64,000 bases of DNA from Planctomycetota bacterium (GTDB lineage Bacteria; Planctomycetota; PLA2; JAEUHO01): positions 32,001-96,000 of the forward strand of contig CBDCTJ010000007.1 in the NCBI GenBank assembly GCA_965222115.1, given 5' to 3'. Of the stretch, positions 27,205 to 35,700 are shown one piece after another. Under the pieces are notes generated by a model, which saw only the letters and a list, made by a program, of their open reading frames with translations, had not been told where the DNA came from and searched no databases. The first letter of the stretch is position 1. Every line of letters begins with the position of its first letter. A program made the position numbers and the translations under genes.

Positions 27205-28215
27205 CTAACGCCGACTCCGAATGTGGCGTGAGAAACTGGCATCCATCGACGTGGCCGTTCGTGCCAACTCGTCGATGCGATAGTGATTCATGGCTTCCTG
27301 CAGTGGCAAATCGGTGTCGATCAATCCGAGTTCGTGCGCCAACTCACCGGCAAAGCCAGGCAGGAGAATACGCCAATCGAAGGGGATGCGTTTCGGGGCA
27401 AGCTCCAACACGTGGTCCACCATGTTGGTGGTGCAATTGTTTGTGAGCGTGTGGTAGTACTCGGGTTGGATACCCAATGCCGCGGCGCGCGTAAGCATGT
27501 CTACGAATAGCAAGCGCATGCGCTCGCGCGTGGTGCGGATGGGATAGAGCCATACGTCGGACTTGCGATGGTTGGTGCGTAGCCCGATTAGGTCTTGCTC
27601 GGTGCCCACGACGTAAACGAGCTCATACTGTCTGTAGAGACCAGCGAGCGGGTGGTACGACTCGCCTCGTTCGCGGCGTATCTCTACGCTAACGCAAATG
27701 TGTTGCCCATCATCGAAGCCAAAGGAAAGTAATGTGTGCGCAATGCCCTTGAACGGATGAAATCGCTCGACCATAAAATCGACGCTTGAAAGCGCATGGA
27801 GATCCAGTGTTCGCTCTTCGTAGCGCACATCAAAGTCATTGCTGCTGCGGTAGTGACAATTCCGAACGCCCGTCACGCGGAGCTGGCTCCCCACCGGAAC
27901 GAACGTCGAGACCACCTCGACATCGGGCTCCCAGTCGCGCTTCGCTTTGGGCGGAGTCAACACGAGTTCAAACACCATGCACCCGAAGCAAATCCCCAGC
28001 AGCCATGCCGCGACCACGCGCTTCCCTCGAAATAGCAATACGGGAACACCGAGGAGTAGCGCGATGGCCACGATTGAGCCGATGGGGCTTCCAACGCCTG
28101 AAAACCAACACGCGCCGATCGTCCACAGCCAGACGATCCCAAGCCCGATCCACAAGAGCCCACGCGCCATCGTGACGCCAAATCGCCTTAATCGAGGGTG
28201 CCCGCGCAGTGCCAT
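27205..28215 (-). CDS. DUF4105 (Lnb N-terminal-like) membrane protein
   Basis: AHTLLSFGF, SVEIRRERGESY, ELVYVVGTEQDL and YHTLTNNCTTN motifs after three TM helices. Confidence 0.88.
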   Translation of the reverse strand: MALRGHPRLRRFGVTMARGLLWIGLGIVWLWTIGACWFSGVGSPIGSIVAIALLLGVPVLLFRGKRVVAAWLLGICFGCMVFELVLTPPKAKRDWEPDVEVVSTFVPVGSQLRVTGVRNCHYRSSNDFDVRYEERTLDLHALSSVDFMVERFHPFKGIAHTLLSFGFDDGQHICVSVEIRRERGESYHPLAGLYRQYELVYVVGTEQDLIGLRTNHRKSDVWLYPIRTTRERMRLLFVDMLTRAAALGIQPEYYHTLTNNCTTNMVDHVLELAPKRIPFDWRILLPGFAGELAHELGLIDTDLPLQEAMNHYRIDELARTATSMDASFSRHIRSRR

Positions 28216-28361
28216 GCGCCGGTTGTAGCGCAAGCCCTCACAATCCCCACGCCACATTCGTGCGGTGCCGAGAGAAAGCAGCGAACATCCCGCCGAGCCG
28301 CGTCGTCAGCAGGAAAACACTAGAAACGAATGAACCACAGAACTGAAACGAAGTACACATC

Positions 28362-29171
28362 ATGCCCTCTACACAGGCCCTGATCGACATTGGCGTGAAT
28401 CTCACCCACCGCTCCTTTGCACAAGACCTCGACACGGTGATCGCCAGCGCCCGCGCGGCTGGCATCGTCCATATGGTGCTCACCGGCACGTCGATCGCAG
28501 GAAGTCAGCGCGCCGAAGCGCTTGCGCGCAAGCACAAAGGACTCATGTCGTCCACCGCGGGCGTGCATCCCCACGACGCCAAGTCGTGCAACGACGAGAC
28601 AATCGACGCGCTACGAGAACTATTGAAACACACCCACGTGGTTGCGGTTGGTGAGTGCGGTCTCGACTACAACCGCGACTTCAGTCCCCGCGACGTTCAA
28701 CGCAGATGGTTCGAGGAGCAACTCAAACTCGCCGTCGAAACGCAGCTCCCGATATTCCTGCACGAACGCGATGCCCACGAAGACTTCCATCGCATCCTTT
28801 CAACATACCGAGACGACCTCGTGGGCGGCGTCGTCCATTGCTTTACCGGATCCGAGCAGGCTCTCGATGCCTATCTCGCGCTCGACATGCACATCGGGAT
28901 CACCGGTTGGATCTGCGACGAACGCCGCGGCAAACACCTTTTCGATCTTGCAAAGAAGATCCCCTCGGAGCGTCTCATGATCGAGACCGACGCTCCGTTC
29001 CTCATGCCCCGCGTACCTGCGCTCAAATCCAAAGGTCGCCGCAACGAACCAGCATTCCTTCCGTATGTCGCCCAAGCCGTGGCGTCGGCGCGAAACGAAA
29101 CCGCCGAAACGATCGCTTCCACCACGACGGAAACGGCACGGGCGTTCTTCAACATTGCCACGCGAAGATAA
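28362..29171 (+). CDS. tatD: TatD family nuclease
   Basis: IDIGVNLT, TAGVHPH, AVGECGLDY, FLHERDA, VHCFTG, IETDAPF and RNEP motifs. Confidence 0.93.
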   Translation: MPSTQALIDIGVNLTHRSFAQDLDTVIASARAAGIVHMVLTGTSIAGSQRAEALARKHKGLMSSTAGVHPHDAKSCNDETIDALRELLKHTHVVAVGECGLDYNRDFSPRDVQRRWFEEQLKLAVETQLPIFLHERDAHEDFHRILSTYRDDLVGGVVHCFTGSEQALDAYLALDMHIGITGWICDERRGKHLFDLAKKIPSERLMIETDAPFLMPRVPALKSKGRRNEPAFLPYVAQAVASARNETAETIASTTTETARAFFNIATRR

Positions 29172-29193
29172 TGTGACAATCGTCGAGTTCTCT

Positions 29194-29952
29194 CTACTTC
29201 GATGCACCCGCTGCCGCGGGCGTATACGCGCGACCGCGAGTCGTTTCAGGCAAATGCTCTGTCAGCTTTGCACCAAAGGCGTGCTTTGCTCGTAGCCCTA
29301 AATCGGACTTCAACCAGTTGAGGCGATCGAGCGAGTTGCTAGTAGCCGCTGCGCCATGTACCGTGATCGAGTCTTCGTTCTTGGCAGCAATCCGAACACC
29401 ACCTAAATACTCGCCGCCATCCAACTTGTAGAGCAGTGCCTCGGCCTTCACCAACCCGGGAACAAATTTTGTTTTATCCGTTGCAAGTGCAGGGAGAACT
29501 TCTCTCTTCATACGCACCAAGAAGACATGCTTGAGTGCCAAGAACTTCTTCATGATCTTTAAGGACGGCGGCCTCGACCCAGGCTTCTCCAGCCATCGCT
29601 GAAACGACTGCAGATCATTGCGGTTTGAGCCGATCAAGATTCCAATTGGCCTGGGCTTAGATTCGAAATAGCCCAACTGCCACACTTCAGTATCACCCAT
29701 CGGCTCCTTGAGCACAACTCGTCCCAATCGCAGATCGAGTTTGGGACGTTCATGAAACCCGTCGCTCGTCAGACTGTCTCTCGATCTGGCATCGGATACT
29801 ACCTTCTTAAGTCGCTCGTGAACAATACGCAACTCGGCACGCTTCTCGCGGGCAAACTTCTTTGCGGGACTCTCCGGCTTGCCATCGCCGCCACAAGCAA
29901 TCAGAGTCATTGATGACGCGCCGACGATCAGGAGGTATACGAATCGTTTCAT
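29194..29952 (-). CDS. Hypothetical lipoprotein
   Basis: MKR plus hydrophobic stretch and lipobox LIAC-GG; TAGACT 6 nt before the ATG. Confidence 0.7.
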   Translation of the reverse strand: MKRFVYLLIVGASSMTLIACGGDGKPESPAKKFAREKRAELRIVHERLKKVVSDARSRDSLTSDGFHERPKLDLRLGRVVLKEPMGDTEVWQLGYFESKPRPIGILIGSNRNDLQSFQRWLEKPGSRPPSLKIMKKFLALKHVFLVRMKREVLPALATDKTKFVPGLVKAEALLYKLDGGEYLGGVRIAAKNEDSITVHGAAATSNSLDRLNWLKSDLGLRAKHAFGAKLTEHLPETTRGRAYTPAAAGASK

Positions 29953-30102
29953 CGCCCGAGTCTACCCTTCACTCGATGTGATGTCTTCGTGTGCGTCGAG
30001 CACTGCTTGGAGCAAGGCAGTCCACGAGATCGAACACAGCCGCCGCCACGAATTCCTAGGTTCCGCCGTGTGCGAACACCTCCGCGCACTATGATCGGAT
30101 TG

Positions 30103-30927
30103 ATGGACGTCACCCAAATTCACCCAGACGTTTCTATGGTGCTTCGTGATGTAGGCAAGCGCGTTCTACTTGGTGGGCTTGGGGATGCACCTTCGTCGGC
30201 TCGCTACAAGGCGCCCTGCGAGATCGTCACGGATGTCGATATACGAGCGGAGCGCGAGATTGGCATTGCACTCGATAAAATCACGCCCGGCATACCCATT
30301 GTGGGCGAAGAACGCGCCACCAATGAACCTAAGCTTCTCACCGACCTCGAATCGCACGAATGGGCATGGCTTGTCGATCCCCTGGACGGAACCAAACACT
30401 ATGCACAAGGGCGCGGCCCGTTCGGCACCATGCTCGCGCTACTACATCGTGGAATAGCTCACGCGTCGTGGATCCATCTTCCCCTCGAAGACACAACCGC
30501 CTTTGCGGCGACAGGCAACGGTGTCACCATCAACGGTGACGCCGTCACATTGAAATCGAAGGCACGCGCAGAACCGCAGCGCGGAGGGCTTCACACGCAC
30601 TTCATGCCCGAGCCAATGAAGTCGAACGCCGCGACGCCGAACGACTTAGAACGCACAGACGGCATGCATTCGTGCGCCGCCAAGCGCTACATTGACATTC
30701 TTCGCGGTAACGAACACTTCGCGGCGTACTGGCGAACTCTTCCGTGGGACCACGCACCGGGCGCCTTCATGATCCAAGAAGCCGGTGGCATCGCGCAACG
30801 CTTTGACGGGTCGCCGTTCGTTGCGAGCGATATCAAAGCGTCCGGATTGATTGTGGCCCAAAATGAAACTACATGGAACGCGGTCCATCGGGCCTTAACG
30901 CGGCGATCGGATGACCTGTCACGTTGA
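30103..30927 (+). CDS. Inositol monophosphatase family protein
   Basis: IVTDVD, IVGEE, WLVDPLDGTKHY and LPWDHAPG..MIQEAGG motifs. Confidence 0.9.
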   Translation: MDVTQIHPDVSMVLRDVGKRVLLGGLGDAPSSARYKAPCEIVTDVDIRAEREIGIALDKITPGIPIVGEERATNEPKLLTDLESHEWAWLVDPLDGTKHYAQGRGPFGTMLALLHRGIAHASWIHLPLEDTTAFAATGNGVTINGDAVTLKSKARAEPQRGGLHTHFMPEPMKSNAATPNDLERTDGMHSCAAKRYIDILRGNEHFAAYWRTLPWDHAPGAFMIQEAGGIAQRFDGSPFVASDIKASGLIVAQNETTWNAVHRALTRRSDDLSR

Positions 30928-30982
30928 AATTCCGGCTTGAGCGCACGAAAGCCACATGCTCCATCCGTTGGCGGAATCGAGC

Positions 30983-31867
30983 CTATTTCTTTGCCGCCTT
31001 CTCCAACGCGGAGATGGCCTCGCGATAGTCGCGCCCCTTGTCTTGGAGCAGCCCGTCCTTGAGATCTGGGCTGAGTTCGAGGGCACTGAGGTGAAGCACG
31101 AGGGCTTCGCGAGCGATCTTTAGCGCGGGCTCGTGTTTACCAAGCGCCGACAATGCGCGTGCTTCACCAAGTTTGGCGAACGCCAACATCTCTTTGGGCT
31201 CGCCCTTCACGCCGGCAAGGGGCTGAAGTCTGGTTTCAATGAACCGGATGATGGAGCGACACACGGTGAGTGCACGGGCGTGTTCGCCGCGGATCATGTA
31301 CATGTCTACAGCATTCATACCCCAGAGGGGGTAGAGCCGGGTTGGGTGGTATCGTTTCGAGGCGTCAGCAAGCGACTTCGCATAACGCATAGAGCGTTCA
31401 AAACAATCGATGGCCTCAGCGTGACGTTTCAACGCCTTCAACACCAGGCCTGCATGGTTCTCTAGCTTGCAGAGAAGACGCTCGTATTCACCAGGAGGTC
31501 CGGACGAGCCATCGATCCCATAGGCCGCAGCACGAGCCTCGTATACCGGGGCAAGAGCGTCTTCGTACTTCTCGTTTTCAAAGCAGAGGATCGAGTACGA
31601 GAATAGAGCACTGATGTACCCTGTCACCAGATGATGGTTATCGGGCGTCTTCACTTGATGGGGGCGAAGCATGTGCGCTGCCTGCTTCGCAAGTCTGCAG
31701 GCACCTTCCAAATCCTTCTTGCTGGCGAGCTCATAGGCACGGCTCATGATTTTGTCGGATTGCGATCTCGCTTCGCCCCATCCGTTCGCCTGCGCAGGCC
31801 CACCAAACGGTAGAAACAAGGCAAGGGCCAAGCAGGTCAGCGTGCTGCATCGATGTGATTTGTTCAC
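30983..31867 (-). CDS. Secreted TPR-like repeat protein
   Basis: Signal peptide ending AQA; TPR-like helices (GLVLKALKRHAEAIDCFERS, ARALSALGKHEPAL); GGAG before GTG 31867. Confidence 0.7.
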   Translation of the reverse strand: MNKSHRCSTLTCLALALFLPFGGPAQANGWGEARSQSDKIMSRAYELASKKDLEGACRLAKQAAHMLRPHQVKTPDNHHLVTGYISALFSYSILCFENEKYEDALAPVYEARAAAYGIDGSSGPPGEYERLLCKLENHAGLVLKALKRHAEAIDCFERSMRYAKSLADASKRYHPTRLYPLWGMNAVDMYMIRGEHARALTVCRSIIRFIETRLQPLAGVKGEPKEMLAFAKLGEARALSALGKHEPALKIAREALVLHLSALELSPDLKDGLLQDKGRDYREAISALEKAAKK

Positions 31868-32257
31868 GACAGGGCTCCGCGTGGTCGGCAGACAATCTGG
31901 ACCATTCAGAATCCTGAGCCGCGAAGACGGTCGAATTTCAAATTGGGTCTTCGTCCGGATCACAATGTGCGCATACTCTTCTGCCCCAGGTCGTCTAACT
32001 CACACACAAGACGACCGATCGCGCGCTCACATAGGAGACTCCAGTTAGGGGAATCAATGTACAACCCGCGTGGTGCACATCGGCCAGCGTCTCGTATCGA
32101 TTCTTTGAGTATCGACGTCATGCCCGACACACGATTCGCGAGCGACAGCTGGCGATTTCGCTTGGGAGGGATGGTATCGGTACGATTCTTCGAGCATTGG
32201 CGGTAGATGAGTAAGCCACTCACCGGCCTCCAAGTTTGTAGCCCCTTGACTGCGAAT

Positions 32258-32281
32258 GAACCTTGACCGCACGATCACGTT
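32258..32281 (+). promoter_or_regulatory. Candidate ECF sigma promoter (GAAC-N16-CGTT), leaderless geometry
   Basis: gaac at 32258-32261, 16-nt spacer, cgtt at 32278-32281; ATG 32291 lies 9 nt downstream with no SD. Confidence 0.5.
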
Positions 32282-32290
32282 CTACCCCCC

Positions 32291-32638
32291 ATGCGTAGCC
32301 TGGTTCTGATTGTCGGCGTCGTTGGGATGGCATTCGGCTCGATGTCGGTCTTTGCCACCTCAGGGACGATTGCGTCCCAGGGAATCGGTGCACTCACGCC
32401 CCCGCTTTCCTACGTCATTGGCCCCGCCGACGCGCCAACAGGCGGCGAGATCGTCATAGGGTTGTTGATACCCGAGAGCGACGGCAGATACGTAAAGGAC
32501 GTTCTGGGGCCGGCGCGCTACGAGGCGTATCTGAAACGGGAAGCCGAGATCGCCAGAAGTCCGGCCAAGGACGACCTCGGGGATGCCACGTTTGAGATCA
32601 TCGAAGAAGATGTCGCATATCACCATCGACACGAATGA
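32291..32638 (+). CDS. Signal-peptide ORF; probable N-terminal part of the downstream alpha-2-macroglobulin
   Basis: Signal-like MRSLVLIVGVVGMAFGSMSVFA; same frame as 32726, with only TGA 32636-32638 interrupting. Confidence 0.65.
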   Translation: MRSLVLIVGVVGMAFGSMSVFATSGTIASQGIGALTPPLSYVIGPADAPTGGEIVIGLLIPESDGRYVKDVLGPARYEAYLKREAEIARSPAKDDLGDATFEIIEEDVAYHHRHE

Positions 32639-32725
32639 ACTGATCGTTGGCACGCGAGTTCGCGTCAGAGACTTATCGACAGAGTTTTTGCGATTTGCCG
32701 TATTCGAGTTCGATTTGTAGAACTC

Positions 32726-35700
32726 ATGGCCTCAGAGTGTTCGTCCGTGCCGTTGCTTCTGCTACCCGACCGCAAGCTCCTCCTCCACGAACGAGTCAAT
32801 CTCGACGCCTATGTGGCTGGTGGCGGTCGTGTTGTGAGCACCCCATGGTCTCAACACGCAATTGGATCCACCGCGAATGGTCTCACGATGCAAGACGTGG
32901 TCCCAACGACCTCCTCTGCCCACGCCATTGCGCGCATGGTTGCCGAGTCGATACAAAAATCGCAACACATCATTCACATCGATTCCGATCCCACGGAGTT
33001 GATCCGTGCAAACCGTCATGGAGACGAGATAAGCGTACAACTCGCCGAGGCTCCCAATCAGGCTTTCTTAACGCGCGCCGACGGCTCACGACTCGATTTA
33101 GGGATAAAGCCTGCCCGCACGCTTCGCTTTGTAAGTCCAACGGGAAACAAGCATCCGCTTCACGTATCGCTTTGTGTCGATGCGAATCGTAACGGGGTGA
33201 TGTTTCGTCGATCCTGGACACTAGAGCAACTCGTCGGCATCACCGACGCGAGGTTCCTAGCCTCTTCGGAGGCGTACGCCGGCGGAACGTTTGCGGTTCG
33301 CGCAATCTACACCAATTCAAAGTCTAGAGCCCCCGTAGCCGGTCATAAGGAGGTGATCAAGCTGGTGCAAGCGAATCGCGTGCTTGCACAGACTGTGAGT
33401 CCATCCAACGATGCGGGCATCGTCAATGCTCGGCTATGGGTTCCTCATGACGCCAACGCGGGATCCGCCACGCTGCATGTGGGCACTGACACGCGTCCCG
33501 TCACGGTGAAACGAAGCGTTCGTGTATCCCTAGTAACCGATCGCACGCTCTATAAAGAAACCGACCGTGTGCACGCACGCGTCATGGTCCATGAAGTTCC
33601 CAGTGGACGCCCAGCGAGAGGGCGAACCGTCACGCTACGGTGTGGAAGAATCAAGAAAGACGTTGTCACTTCAAATTTTGGCATTGCATCAGCCTCCTTT
33701 GAGCTCATCAATGAATCAGTGGGAACCTCCAAAATCTCGGCCGCCGTCGATGGGGCGTTTGCGACTTCGAGTTTTCGAGTGACCGCGTATGAAACTCCCA
33801 CGTTTCGAGTCAACGTCACACCCGAGACGCTGCACCTCGACAAAGGACAAAGCGGGACAGTCGAGGTCACGGTCACGACCTTGAGTGGCAAGCCACTCGC
33901 AGGAGCTCAGGTTCACTTTGAACCCTGGTGGGGAATGCGCACCGAGAATCAGAACATGAAGACAGATCGTGAGGGCCAGACATCAACAACGGTACGTAGA
34001 GAGGGTCGGCTCCGGGACCGAGGTGTATGGGTCCATGTCACCGACGCCGATGGTCGAACGCTAACTCGCGAAGTACATGTCAGACGTGCCACCACCGCGG
34101 CGCCCATTCGCGTCCGCGCGCTCTCCGAGCTGGTAGCCGGACAACCTGGCACTTTCAGCGTGCATGCGAAGGGAAGGCGCGAAATCATACTCACGATCGA
34201 CTTCAAGAAACGGCTCCGAGTGGCACTCGATGGCGACGGGAACGGTCTGTTTGAGGCGACACCCAAATCGAACGTTGTTTTCATTGGTGGAGCGGGCTTT
34301 CGTCCTCGCTCGTTTCCTGTACACGTTGCAGACGCTGAGCGTCCAGGACCCACGTTGATGCTTGATCGACGTATCGCCAACGTGGGTGACCTACTCACCG
34401 GCAAGATCGTTGGACCCGATGGCACCGTGCTGCTCGACGTGCTTCGCGATGACGTGATCATTCGTACGCTTGCCGCGCATATCAAAGACGGACAAGCCAA
34501 GCTTTCCGTTCCCCTCGAACCTGATCTCGCGGGCCATCTCACGATTCGCGCAGCATCAACGCCCCAAAAGCGAACTCGTGGATCCCTAGTGCGCGTTTTG
34601 GTTGGCCGCGGACGAACGCTTTCCGTAGAAGCAAAGTCGCGTGCCGAGTCGTACCGGCCCGGCGAGACGGCCAGGCTCGATGTAAACGTTCGCGACCCGA
34701 GAGGCAGACCCGCACCAGGTGTACTCGGCTACTGGGCCATCGATCAAGCCGTGCTCGACCTGTCTTCGTGGAGTGATGGCAATGAATCCCGTTTTGACCT
34801 CGCTAGAGACAACGAGCAAAAGACGTTACTCAAACTGAAGGACAGTAACGATTACCGTTCGGCCGTCGTGCGCGTGCTGGGCGGTATCCAGAACCTGGAT
34901 AAGTACAACAAGGGAACGTACTCAGTCGGTCGCGTTCGCACACAACGTATCGAGGCAAGGAAGAGGAGCGTCAAGGCTGCTAGAGCATGGATGAAAGCGC
35001 TCAGAACTCGGGGGGCCGAGGCACTGGCTTCGGTGCCTCTGTCGCGATTGCGAGCAACCTATTCGTTGCGGGAAACCGTGCGTTGGCTAATTCGGCGTAG
35101 AGCGTTGGACGCAACGGCATTGATCGATCCGTGGGGCACACCGCTCTTAGTTCGAAACGCTTGGAAGAATGTTAAGATATACGACGAGCAAGGCGGCGAT
35201 CGTCCACGACAATGGTACAGCTACACATTTGAGCGCGCGTTCCCCTGCCAATCGGCCGGGCCCGATCGTCAGATGAACACGATGGATGACATACACCTCG
35301 CGTGGCATGTGTATCAACCGTGGGGCACGTGCAGCAAGGCTTTACCGGGCTCATTTTGGCGACTCATGGCGGACACCAAGCGAGCGCTCACCGAAGACCG
35401 GAAAACAGAGATTGACTCAGGTGCCATCGAGCGTGCTGGCGGGACGAATATCGGATCGTTAATGAATGGCACGATCGGTATTGGTGGCGGCTCGGGCGGC
35501 GCCTTTAAGGGCCGAGGGGGAGGTCGTGACCTGGGTACGGGTGGTGGTGGTCGCCGCAAATATGAAGAACCTGTGAAACACGTTCGTAGCAACTTCCTAC
35601 CCACGCTCTGCTTCGTGCCTGAAGCCATCGTGGGGCCCGACGGGAAGGCAGAACTCAAGATCGACCTTGCGGACAACATCACGACATGGAAGACGCGCCT

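Noticed and set aside
28362-29171. TatD or DUF1643 as an anti-phage system component
   Set aside because: Ordinary stand-alone TatD; no QueC, ATPase or other defence partners adjacent.
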